Notes under the pieces: generated by a model | Databases searched by the model: none | What the model was told of the DNA's origin: nothing | What the model saw: the letters and a program-made list of their open reading frames with translations, nothing else | Shown: positions 48,088 to 60,656 of the stretch, in pieces | Layout of the letters: each line of letters starts with the position of its first letter | How positions within the stretch are numbered: the first letter of the stretch is position 1 | DNA from: Utricularia gibba | Lineage: Eukaryota > Plantae > Magnoliophyta | DNA length: 64,000 nucleotides | NCBI GenBank assembly: GCA_002189035.1 | Contig: NEEC01000021.1 | Span: 1,488,001-1,552,000, forward strand | Reading direction: 5' to 3' | Made by a program: the position numbers and the translations under genes

Positions 48088-51000
48088 TCCGTCATTTCAG
48101 TTCCGCGGTTTTCATTTCTTTTATTTATATATCTCCCGCTTTTTGAATCTTATGCTGCTGGTTTTGTGTACGCTGTCGCGTGTCTTTCGGCTTTATTCCG
48201 GCAGCTGTAATGATGCGGATGCCTCAGGCCCAATATAGAGGCCCAGTAGCACAAGTTATTGAGAAAAACCCACTTGAAACTAATAGCCCATGGTTCACCC
48301 CAAATAATAAAAAGTCCCATCTCAGCCCGGCCCAAATTACAAAAGGGCGGAAACCCCCAGGAAATCCGCTCCCTGGTTTCAACGGACGAGATGAAGCCAC
48401 GTGTTAAGGGACGATCTTGGGGAGACACGACCATTGTTGTTACACTCACCCTTTGTTTTTGTTTGGGATAATTCAAGACTACGTTAGATTTAAATTTTTT
48501 GGTAATAACATCGTTTTAATAACGTTTCCAAAAAGATTCAATGTGGGCATTTTGGGAGGAGGAAGGATCACTTTGGTCCCATACTTAGGCTCCATTTTCA
48601 CTTTCTTGTATCCCATAAGAGGGCAGGTGAATGGGAAAGGGAGGGTTTTGTGTTTTGTGCCATTTACTTGACCAGGCATCTTGTCCTAACTTCAATTGTC
48701 ATGTAATATTATGAAAAAGAGACGCAGGAAGTGCAGCCCTCAACCCCTGATAGTGTAACATACCTGTAGCTCACAAACTGGGCACCTAAGTACTCGAGGT
48801 AAGATGCTGACAATTTGTATAACACTCACATACTACAAACTGTGTGTTTCAGATGCAATTCTTTGTAATCGTTGGGTATCAGTTCCTTTTGTATGGACTT
48901 CTTGTTTGTCTTTTATTGTTTTGTAAGCCAGTTCCTTTTGGCCCAACTCTCCATCTTCCTCTTCTTGGATCGTGGGCAGATCTGAGAGCATCTGTAAATT
49001 TATTGCGGGTCTCACCAGACTAAGATCGAGTCATCAACATAAACAACACTCAGCACTGGTGTTGCTGATATAACAAGTTTGAGTTCAGTTGAATCTTTCC
49101 CTTTTAATACTCAGGGATTCCGTTTAGGGTCTAGAGTTGAGATGGGGTGCCCCGTTTACTCAGACGTTCCCGCAACACGACAAGAGAAACCCCATTGCAG
49201 AACAGAACACAGAACCTAAAAGCCAATAATTTTCTGCTACAAATTCAATGGAATCATCGCCCCTTGAATTGGGGTTGATTCATTAATGGATGCGACCAAC
49301 TAACAATTGGTATTAAATTCAAGAACATTTGTCAGTAGGAGTGAGAGGAGAGGAGAGGGAGAGGGCTGAGAGGGTAGGGGGCTGCATCCCCAAAGTGTGG
49401 CTACTGTCCAAATACCAATGCAAACATAGCAAGAAACGCCTTTCAAAGGAGGGGAGGCCGCTTCACATTGAATGTCTCGATTTTGACAAAATGGAAATAA
49501 AATACAATAAAACAAGAGTTCAGTGGGCATGATGTCAAAAGCATGGCTTAGCTTAGGGATGGAATATATTCATCCTCACCCTAAACACACAACATGAAAA
49601 TAACTTAACCTTTGGAGGGTGTTTGTGTGTTTGATAAGAAGTTTTAAATATCGTTTTTTTACATAGTTTCGAGTTTCGTTATCAAATATGAACGATTTTT
49701 ACTCGCGAAAGAAGAGAAATTTACAACCATTTAAATGGATCTTCAATCCAAAAGATCCTAACTAAGCACTCCCTTGATGCTTGCTACCAGCAGATATGGA
49801 GCTCTGATCACCTGCAAACAATCCATACATGGGATTCGACGGAATTCTTCATAACAGATCCCGGAGGTTGGGAACTTCCGGTGACTCTTCCGGTCGTTGA
49901 CTCGTTCTCACCAAACCAAACACAATCAATCAGCTCTGTCTGCATTCAGCGCCTTCATGGTGTCCAATTATAGCAGTGAATAATTTTTACCACAATTTTT
50001 GTTGTCATAAAACATTATCTTTGAAATAACGGTACAACAATTTTAGCTGCGTTTATGACTCAGTGTGGGAGGTGTTGCCAGTAATTTTTATGACAAAAAA
50101 CATTATTGAAATAATTGTACTTCCAGACAATTATTTGATTAAAGAAAGCAAGGAAGGCAAACATAGAATATGAGGTTCATGTGAATTCAGCTATTTGTAG
50201 ACTCAAGTGTCGGTATTCCCAGGGGAATGGAGTGGAATCATCACTAGAACCCTAAAAATCTCTCCTTTTCCTCCAAACCCCTTCCATGGTTCTAGACCTT
50301 GCTTTTAACAATGTGCAATTACCAAGGATAAAACTTATGTTGTGAATCCAAGCTCCAAAATGGTGATCATCCAAACCCCAGTAGTAGAATACTAGTAGAA
50401 ATTTACGTACTTCATATGATATGAGAATGATTAAAATTCCCATCCAGCCGGTTCGACATTAGGATGGATTTATAACGTGTGACTCTCATCTGGGAAACTA
50501 GTTTAAGCACATTTCACCAACTCATTCAATATTGAAGATGAACAGTAATATATTTTGTACCTACAGCTCGGTGATCAAGATGTGGAGGGTAAGATATTTT
50601 GTACTGGGAGAAAAGCAAGCAGCCTCGAAGCTGATGAAGTAACAAGGGGAAAAGGTCATCTGATTCCTTCTACAGTGGGAACTCGAGAGAGGGGGAGGAC
50701 ATGTGAATGTGAAGACAAATAGAATATAGGGAAAAAGGGTGAACTTTATCCAAACAAACAAAAGCATCGCCTGCGCCTGCTGTTGGATCAGAAGTCTCTT
50801 AAAGGTGCCGCAGGGGCTCCCGGCTTCGCTGTAAAAGCTGTTTGATACCGAAATAAACACTCTTGTTCTACACTACATACAATATGGGATTTCGAAAAAG
50901 AGAAGCGACAAGGGACACTCGAGTATCTGGGTTTGAAGGAGGCAAAGAGCAGCAGGGATGAACTTTCTGTCACGAACCCTCTTGTGTTTCATGTGCGTAC

Positions 51001-51640
51001 ATATATAACCTCGAATGCATATATAGTGAGCTACTGATAGCATAGAGAGCATTGAAATCCTAATACAAAGAAACCCGTAATTTGATGAATACGTCTGTTT
51101 TTTGGGGCATAAAGCGAAATGCGCACTCGTTGCACTGTTATCAGATTCATGCCACTATTTTAAACTGGTATGTTGGATATTTGAGACAATGTCGAAATTG
51201 ATTTGAGGATCTAAGGATTTGTGGTAGTTTTCACCTCGAAAAAAGAAACAAACTTTTAGAGCAGTTGCAGTTTTGGTGCAGAACCCGAATCAGGGCGAAA
51301 AAAGAAAGAAAGAAAAACATTTGCAAAAGCAGCCCATGCTTTCCCATTAAAAACCGTCACTGACTTCTGTTTCCTCTCTGCATGAAACTCCCATCTTCAA
51401 TTCCCATTTCAACCACCACTCTTTTGGAGTTTTGTGAATTTGGATCTGCTTTACACAAATGGGGTTGGCTGTCTCACACTTCAGCTGTCCTGCTGCAGAA
51501 ACAAGCAGAAAAAATGTGGAGGAAACGCAGCAGTGAAATTTGGATGGAAAATAAAGAACTAGAGGAAAAGAAAACGAGAAAGGTGTGATCTTTGGAGAAG
51601 GATTTCTCACAACGATGCAAAGGAGTTGAAAATCAGAAAG

Positions 51641-52613
51641 TTAACCGGTAAAGGTTGAACCTTTTGAATCTCCAGAATCAATATGGTGGCCGTCCGGCGA
51701 CTCCGCAGTAAGCCTCTGAGGGATCTGACACGAATTCATCATATATTGGGGCATCCCATGAAGAAAATTGACACTTTGGGGGTCACTCAAGGTCATCAAC
51801 TGCTGCCCCACAATTCCCCCTGGAGATCCAATCCCCTGGACGGCGCCGTTGTGATGATGATGATGTTGCCCTTCTTCTTCCTCCAACGGCAGCCTCTCAT
51901 ACGCCGCATTCCCGAACGACGCCGCCATGATCATCACCGGCCCAACGGCGAGCAACGGCCCCACAACCGTTCCCCCAAAACCTGCCCTTGGGAAGAAGCT
52001 AAATATACAGTTAACGAAGTCGCTGCAGGCGGCGCTGGAGGGGGAGAAACGAACCGCAGAGCGAAATAATCTCAAATCTTCCGGGCAAAGTGAGAACCGA
52101 ACCGGGGGCGGTGGGTTGCCGGATTGTGACGTTCCCAACACTTCCCTTACCGCTGAGGACACATACACCGCGCTGGCGGCGCGTCGCAAAGGTGAAGATG
52201 CTGTCTTGGATATCGCAGCCGTCGGAGACTTCCATCACGTGGGATCTGAGAGCGTTGGCCGTGTCGCGCGTGATGATGATGGGCGGCTTGGGTTTGTTCT
52301 TGGACCCCGGAGGACGACCTCGCGAACGCCGCGACATTTCCCCCAGATCGGAGCCGTTGTTGCCGCTAGGGATTTCAGGCGTGGTACTTGAGATGGCGGC
52401 AGAAGTGATGGCAGAGAACAGCCCACCGTAATTGCTGTTATGATGATGATGATAATTGTTTTCAGTATCATCTTCCCGATCTCTTTTCGAGCTTCTGCTC
52501 GTCTGCTCGTCCTGGGGCAAGCGGTGGTGGTAGTTGGCCGGGAACTGATGCAGATCAAGATCTCTGGAAAGAAATAGCGGCGGAATAATGCGGCCGTGAG
52601 CCAGCTGATCCAT
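51641..52613 (-). CDS. AHL: Clade A AHL protein (one AT-hook + PPC), AHL22/24/26-like, intronless, with two apparent frameshifts
   Basis: [36 protein letters not shown] and [14 protein letters not shown]. Adding one base at 52040-52044 and one at 51972-51976 restores [33 protein letters not shown]. Confidence 0.92.
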
Positions 52614-55600
52614 CGGCAATAAACCCCGAATGACAGACACTCGAGAGAGAAAAGGAACCCTCAACCGGAACTCAGTTGACAAATTCTACCCCAATCCGTC
52701 TCTCCATGATTTCCGCCGAGTTCAGCTTTCCAAAGTCACATATGATAGTTCCAAGATGCAAAAAAAGAAGGACAGACAACAGAGCCAAGAAAGAGAGTGA
52801 GAGAGAGAGAGAGAGAGAGGGAAAGAGAAGATATACCACAGGAGAAAAAAAGTCATGAACCTGTTCTGTTCATGTAGGGTTTTCATTTACTTTCCCTTTT
52901 ACCCATTAGGTCAGGATTCCAATTTCCAATATTGTTTTTGCTGCTTCCAGAGAAAAAAACTACGCATTATATTCCATGGTCAAACCCTTTGTTGCTATTT
53001 CCAGAGAGCAAGGCTAGAAAATATATAGTGGAGTATTGTACTCAAAAGCAGACTGTTATGTTAATTGATAATTAGATTCCATGGATTAATTAGAGAGGTT
53101 AAAAATTGAATTTTTAAACACACCCAAATACTTGGAATAATGAATACAAATAATTCCATTTTAATATCTATATTTTTTGAATGCAATTGCAGGGACACCC
53201 GCTGGGGACTAGGGCTTACCAGGAAGCCTTATATAAATCCTAGCCACACAATTATTAAATCTATGGTCATTATTCAATTGCCATTACCAGTCAGTGGGTT
53301 TCCAGCATCCCTGTCCGAATGGTTGTTTGGTTTCCCAGCAGTAGCTAGAACAAGCGACCTTGGCTTGGTCTGATGTCGTGTTAAAATACGAATGGGTAGC
53401 TATGGAGGTGCAAGAAAACAAAACAAAGATGGGTTTGGTGTCATTGGTACATGGATCGTGACAAAGTGTGTCACGACTCACCCTCGTTTTGCATGATATT
53501 GTTCGTTTCATATATCAAATTTTCATGGTTTTATATTTTTCACTTTTGGGAAAATGCTTCATATGCAAAATTAGTAGTATACTTTTATTTAAACACATAT
53601 CTTCTTCTGTTCGTAGCTAATGTGGAATAGCGTAACCGTGAAAGTTCCCTGCACTTACAGAGTGGTTATTACACGTGCTCGTTTAGGGTTGTATGGGATA
53701 ATGAATTTTAATTTGGGAAAAGAGTGGACTTTGGACATACCGACTACTCCCCCCATCCCTCAGAAATGAGACAACGAAGATGCAGTTGACTGTAAGAAAA
53801 TGTTGACGCAGCCAAAAAAAAAAATGAAGAAAGGGGTAGCCTGGTGTAGCAACGTTTGACCGCCACATAAAAAATGTCTGAAGGGCGAGTGGGAAAACGG
53901 TTAGTGAGAGGGGAGGTCAATAATGTTGGTAATGGCATGGCATCCCTGAAACTGCGTGGGAAGAAACGGTGTCGTTTTCCGGTTTAATGCGAGCACATGT
54001 GGCGCGGGCATTGGAAAATGCAAATGGGCGATTGCTCCCAAACTGCGGCCATAGCCATGGGGGCGTGTCTGCAACTTCAACACCACCCACAACATAAACA
54101 AACACATCGTATTGGAAACCGGACCCTAAACTGAAGTCACTACGAGGAATTGGGATGCACTTGCAACCGCAGATCCTGAATTTTAACCTATCTTGATGCC
54201 GGAACACAGTGAACTGACTCAAAAATGCGCGTGAAAGTGTTTCTATTTAGGAGGCGACGCCACTACCAGGTCTTGACTGTGTCCAATAAAGAGGCGAACA
54301 AGAGGAACAACAACAGGAATTCATTAAAAAAAAAGAAAAGAAAAAGAAAAGAGAGACAGAAGTGGAGTGAAACGGGTTTTTCTGGGGTGGGTAATAAATG
54401 TGAAAGTTAAAAGCAGACAGAGATTTGAGGGAGCCGAGGGGGGAAAAGGGACCAGCACAGCACTGCGTTCGTCAGCGAAGAGGATGGACCACGGTAAGAG
54501 GAGAGGAGAGACCGGGTGCACGTGCGCCAGCAGGGGATCAGTCCCGGTGATTGGCCAGCGCTAACTCGGATGAAGTGAAGAGACAGGTAACACTCGCTGG
54601 TGGTGTCTGGTTTGGTTTTCAAAGCTCCCTCATGTGATCGCCTTCGCCCCCTGACACGCCCCGACACTTGCCACCCCCACCCCCAATTCATTTCACCACC
54701 AACTTCTTACTTCTCCCTCCAACACACAGACCCCCTTCACAAATTTGACCATCCTCAAAAATAGATCATTTCTTTAGTATTTCAAAAAACACATCCACAC
54801 ACACATACAAACTCACATCTGAAAATCGATCTTGTAAAGATTGTGGCAGGGGTCGTTCATGCTTGCATATCGCGGGCCCTACCATTTTTTTTTCCAATAA
54901 AAACATTATTTTATTATTTTGTGTGCTGTGTTATTTCATTTTAGTGCTGGACAGAGATTTCAATTATCTAACCACGTTTAAGGTTGTTGGTGGGCTGGAG
55001 GAGAAGAGACAACAAACGAGTGGACCGGTTCGAGCAACAAGATTCCCCACTGTCGCCATCACCTCCCCCTCCCTCCACTTGAGCACAAACCCTAATGTGT
55101 GTGTAATTTCTTGTTTTCTAGATCACCAAAATTTCGATATTTTTTCAACCGTTAATAAAAAAACTATTGATAGTTTGGAGTAAGATCATGTGTAGATTCG
55201 ATTTTCATCCGAATATGTATTTCGTGGATTTCACCCTGAAACACCTAAATTTTCATATTTTTCAGCTCATCAATTTCGATGTTTTTACTATTTTCGATCG
55301 TCACCAAAAAATTATTGAACGTTTTGGGGGATAAATCAAATGTATCATCATCTATACATTCATTTAGTGATTTTTCATCTTTGATGCATAGGACGCTCTA
55401 ATTGCCATGTTTTTTAGGTCACCAATTTTCGATCGAATATTCGGTTAATCGAAGAAGGTGAAGGAAGGGCATAACCTCTTGATAGATAATTCATATGATG
55501 AACACAAGTCAAATGCCCTTCAGATAAACATACTAACTAGCCTAACCCCAACCTTCAATATTTTTTTAATATAATTAGGGAATTAATTTTTAATTATATT

Positions 55601-56230
55601 GTTCCCAATGTCGTGCTTTTGACTTCAAAACACATATGGCATCGTCTTAATACATGATTAATAAATTTAATTACCCACTTAAAAAATAAATAGACGTACC
55701 GTTGTAAAATCGATATTTGTTTTTTAATGATATATAAATAATTTTAAAAATAAAAGTGCAAGTGCACTAGACGTGGATGCTGCACTGTACTTTTGAAAAT
55801 GCTTTACGTCCCAGTCGGAGTTAAATGTAGAGGTCATGTTCTGTTTATTTAATTACATTTTTTTTTATATACAATATATCTTAAAATGGGCTTTTTTTTA
55901 ATGAATAATGATAAGGAGTTGTCTTTTCCTTGAAAACACACAGTTACTTTCCTGTCCGAATGCTCAACCGCTGAGCTCTGGACAGCTGGATGGGGTTTTG
56001 GGTCATGAGAATGCCTTTTTAACCGGAATCTGGCCCATCGCAATGAGGTAAAAACCGATGTGGGATAGGCTTTTGAAGAAGTAGAGAAGTACCAATAGCC
56101 AGAAGCCGAAGATCCAAAAAGAGATGGACTGCTAGAACTAACTACTCTTTTCCTCAACCGTCAACGGCCAACAACCATTTCAAGATCAGCCATTTATTTG
56201 CCTTGAAATCCGAATCGGGTGATGACCTCC

Positions 56231-56721
56231 TTAGAGCAATGCTTTTGCAGTAATGCCGAATTGCTTGTAAATCTTCCCTGCCGGAGTACTAGCACGGAAA
56301 CTATCTATTATGTTGAAATTTAAGATTCGATATATCGAGCGAATGTACACATGAAGTTCAAATATACAAAAAACATGTATTACAATGAAAAAAATTAGAT
56401 CTAATTAATTACTAATGATTCATAATTTATTATATACTTGATTATATCATTTTCAATATTCAATCTATTATTAGTAATTCATAATTTCTTATATATTTGA
56501 TTATATCAATTTCATTTTTGACTGTGGATCGTACATTCTAACGTATTAGGATAGCTTTTCCCCCAATAATGATGAGCCGGCTGAAGGTGGGGTGGACTTG
56601 AGACCGGAGAACGTGGAACAGAGAGGGACGCGAGGGAGGCGGATAAGACGGAGCCACGGCGGGGTATCCGAAGCCGGAAAAGGATGCTAGCGTGTGAGAC
56701 TGTGAGAGAAGAGGGCGCCAT
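56231..56721 (-). pseudogene. TKL: Plastid transketolase relic: only the transit-peptide start and the C-terminal ~25 codons remain
   Basis: 56721 onward reads MAPSSLTVSHASILFRLRIPRRGS (compare plant TK starts of the form MASSSSLTLSQAIL.RS.PRHGS). 56308-56231 reads IDSFRASTPAGKIYKQFGITAKALL* (compare IDRFGASAPAGKIYKEFGITAEAV). About 260 bp of AT-rich DNA lies between them. Confidence 0.8.
56415..56518. repeat. Degenerate ~59-bp tandem repeat in the AT-rich filler inside the transketolase relic
   Basis: attcataatttattatatacttgattatatcattttca versus attcataatttcttatatatttgattatatcaatttca. Confidence 0.7.
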
Positions 56722-56873
56722 GGCCTTGGTTATTCAAATGATGTCCTGATCTTACTACACCACGGCATACGAAGTTGATTCTCAGTGTCATGGTTCAGGG
56801 TTTGCATTAGAGTGATTAGATTAAAGAATGTGTGTTCGAGCAAATGACTGAAACCCACGGAGACAACAATGTT

Positions 56874-57565
56874 TCAATGTCCAAAATAGTAAGACCAATC
56901 TTGATGAAACACGTCTGAAACCTCACCCCGGTCACCTCTGATTGCTGAACTGATCCAGGCATTGGCTGCACTAGCATCAAGGTTATCATGTAAGCCATGG
57001 CTTGATGATCCAATGAAGCAGCTGTTGTTATCTTCTAGGGGTCGCTCCAGGATTTCAGGAACTGCTGCCTCATTCCCAGTATTCGCATCACTCATCCCCT
57101 CGAGCTCCCTGCTCCTCTTCTGGAGCTCCTTCAGCTTCTCATCCGCAAGGCTGTACAAACCACTCAGCTGCTTCAAATCCAGCGTCTGGAAGCTCACATC
57201 GTCCTCGATCTGATACATACAGAGCTCCACTTCCCTGTCATCGTTCCTCTGTTTCAGCTTCAGGGACTGAAGAGCCCTGCCCTCCACTTCATCCACCAGA
57301 AACCTCTCCTGCAGCACCATCTTTCTCGCCATCTCTCTTTCAGGGAAGCTGAGGAACTTCTCCGTCAAGGCCGTGAAGGCATCCTCAGAGGGCCAGAGCA
57401 TCGAGTACCCATCACACGGGTTGTGGATGACTACCGCTATCTTGATACCGCAGAGTATGGATAGCTCGTTGGCCTTTTTGAGGAAGCTGTCGAGCCTCCT
57501 TTTGAAGGTGGAGGCCCTCTCCTTGTCGCCCTGAATCGGGCGTGCTTCGTGGCCTTCCTCGGCAT
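56874..57565 (-). CDS. Type I MADS-box protein, M-gamma (AGL80-like), intronless
   Basis: ERASTFKRRLDSFLKKANELSILCGIKIAVVIHNP..MLWPS, then RKMVLQERFL. One extra base at 57538-57540 gives a start at 57565 (MPRKATKHAPIQGDKERASTFKRR) with exact MADS spacing (I11, R17, T20, F21, R24). Confidence 0.85.
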
Positions 57566-58591
57566 CTTGATCGGAACTTGAATGGCCGCCGGAGCTTCGA
57601 GTCCTTGTTGTGGACTTCATTTCCTTGGTGTGATTTGAATACGTGTGATTCAGTCGGCAAAAATGGTAATTCATTCATCTGCTGAACATTTATTCCTTAT
57701 GTAGCCGTGGAACAAGATTTTGAGCACCTGCCGTATATGGTAGCAGGACTCCCTCTAATGCTGGAGACCAGTCTCTGGGTTTGTTCCCGTTGCTTCATCT
57801 CCGGGGATCGGAGCCGCTGCCGGAAGAATGGGAGAGCGTGCTATCGGAGCCTGCCGCTGTTTCTCCTACCCAGGAGCCGGACATTCTCCGGCGGATCATG
57901 GATGACGTTAACGGAACCTGATCCGAGCAATGGTGGTGGCGGTGTTTTCCTGGTCCAGATCTGAAAGTATTGGCTCATCCCTGCAACGATTCTGAATAAT
58001 CAGCCTTTGCATCCTCAAACTTCATTTGGATCCTCTGCTGATCTAAAGCCTCCCCCTTACAGTTATCAAAGTCCATCCATGTTTTCTTTGTCTTACCCAA
58101 AAGACAAAGAATCGGCTGGCTTTACCAGCTGGTTTCTCCTAGACCACATTCTGCAGTTCAGCAGAATCGCAAGCAGGATGCATGATCAAGAGATTCCCAG
58201 TTCCAGGTTTTCAGATGGAGAAGCGGCAGTCCTCCCTTGCTCGATGCCGGCATTGGAAGGAACTGGTCTCTGCTTCAGCCTGGAGATGCTGATTGATCCA
58301 GGAATGTAAGAGTTTGATGACTGCAGTTTCTTTTGTGGGATAAGGAGGTGAAGATTGAAGAATGAATATCTCCTCATGATACATATGTCACGAAACCACA
58401 CATAGCGAAATAACAAATGATACACTAAAAGAGAATGAATAGCAGTCACAACCCTTGGTCAGAGCATCGCAAAGTTCTGTCCACGAGAACAACCAGCTAG
58501 AATAAAGAATGAAAACTGGCCCTTAATCATGGAAGAATTTCCTTCGAGTGTTGTGAGTTCTTGTCGCGGTTTGTCGGTCTAAGAATCATGC

Positions 58592-60177
58592 TCACTTGAG
58601 GAGATAGCCCAAGAAAATTCCTATAATTGCAGTGAAGATAACATAGATGAGTGGGACACCTCTTCTTCTTTGGACTTGACGTCTCAGCATCTCCTGCACG
58701 GTTATGATTCTTGTATGAGGAAACTGACAAGGGAAGAACGTGAAAGACAAACTCATGGCTTCCGAGTCAATTCGCATCCAAAATTGCCTAGTTTCATGTA
58801 TGAAGCAATTTCCAAAAAGTACTAACCAATTCTCGTTCAAGCTTGTTATTTTGCTGAATAGCAGACTGCTTCTCCTCATTTAGCCTGGATACCAAGGCGT
58901 TCACCTGCGACTCGAAGAAAAGAGCAGACAGGTATGAAATCAAAACAGCTTTAACAAACCATCTTTCTTGAATTCTGTGCATATAAACATTATCATTCTA
59001 AAGGAGAACCATAAACCAAGTTCATGGTAAAATGAAAGTGCTAAAATTTAACCTGGGGTGTGCTTTCTTTCTGATCAAAGAGTCCTTTAGGTATCTGTGA
59101 TAACATGGTGCGAATATTATTGAAAACTGATTAAGTTGAAAAAACTAGAAGTTCATGCAATGAGTTGAAGGTTCCAAATAGTCACCACAGAAGAGTTAGA
59201 ATACTGATTTACAACCGCATTATCTGGCATGTAGGCGCTTGGTGAATGCCCTTCATCCGTTCCTTCATGGACAGGAGAAGGTGGCCTTGGAGGTGGAACA
59301 TAGACGACTCTCAACTTGCATTCATCAACATGATTACCCGAATCTTTAGTGAACTGAAAAATATGTACGATTGATTATATGCTCAGCAACACTAATAGCA
59401 TCTGAATCACATGGAGTCAGCACTTGGAGTTCCAACAGAAAATATACCATTTCTGCAGCGATATCCTTTACAGTTGATCCAGGGCTAGCAACTACGCTCT
59501 GGAGGAGAAACTTATCCTTGCATTGCATGTCAGGGGGAGCCTCCTTTTGAGCTTGCATGGTAACTGCAGAAACACAAGCGAAATGAACCACTAACCTAAG
59601 ACTTTGAAAACGAATACCCAATAATACTTATCTATACTGGAATCGTCATTCTATTGATACCCAGAACCGAAAATTAAGAAAGTATCGATATCCATTACCT
59701 ACAATATCACACGAAGAATGAGGAATCACGACTCCAGTGTTTGGTCTCACACAATACTTCTTGGGGTTCGTAGTTTTCACCTGGCGCATCAATAAAAACC
59801 ATGACAATCAAAGATCTAAAAGATCACATCTTGATTTCCAACATCATAGAAATCTCCAAATGAGGAACTAGCACCGCAACAAATCGTACCTTGAATGCAA
59901 CATAATTATCGGATTTGTTATTCAGTTGCATGGAACACGAGATCTGCTTCTTCAATTCGACTTTCAAGAAACGAAAAAATATATAGAGAGATCAGATTAC
60001 AAAAAAACAAAGAAAAATTACAAATAGCAGATCTGTCAAAAGACGAACAAACAAATCAGCACCAGCAATTCGCGTAGAAACTACAAACACCTGGCGTTGC
60101 AAAAGATTTAAAAACAGGAAATTACACGGAAATTGAAGCTCCTGTGGCTCAATTTGGAGGAGCTCCCCGGTAGTCAT
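58592..60177 (-). CDS. VAP27: VAP27/PVA vesicle-associated protein (MSP domain, coiled coil, C-terminal TM), tandem copy B; 8 exons
   Basis: MTTGELLQIEPQELQFP, FKVKTTNPKKYCVRPN, TMQAQKEAPPDMQCKDKFLLQSV, and the TM segment IYVIFTAIIGIFLGYLLK*. Confidence 0.93.
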
Positions 60178-60656
60178 TTCCAGCCGACCGCCGACTGCTT
60201 ATCTGCTCGATGTTCTCGGAATTGAGGTTTCCCGCAGGAATCAGATTTTCTCGGCGACGAAGAGTGAAGCAAGTCACGTATCACGGCCGAATTCCGGCAG
60301 CAACGAAGGAGAAGAAGCGCTTTCCCCAATTCCAGAGCACCCGTTAAACCGCTTCTCCAAGCCAAAAATACAACAAAACCGTTACCAAAATTGGATTTTT
60401 AGTCATTAAATCAGACTTTTCCCCCACTTTCTTCGGAAAACTATCACTTTTATTCGTTATTTATAAATTATTAAAATACGTTTTTTTTAAAAAAATATTC
60501 ATAATATTTTTAATATTATCTGATACTCCTCCCTGTTCTTGAGCCACAACATACTTCTCTACCGCAGCAGCACACAACTAAAAGAATGGGAACCACGATG
60601 ACTGTGAGCCATGGAGGAATTGCCTTGCAGCATCCTGTCGTCTACCCTTTGCAACT

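Noticed and set aside
50940-51050. Partial similarity to miR156/157 (tgacagaa, atagagagca)
   Set aside because: Matches are short, on opposite strands, and do not form a precursor hairpin.
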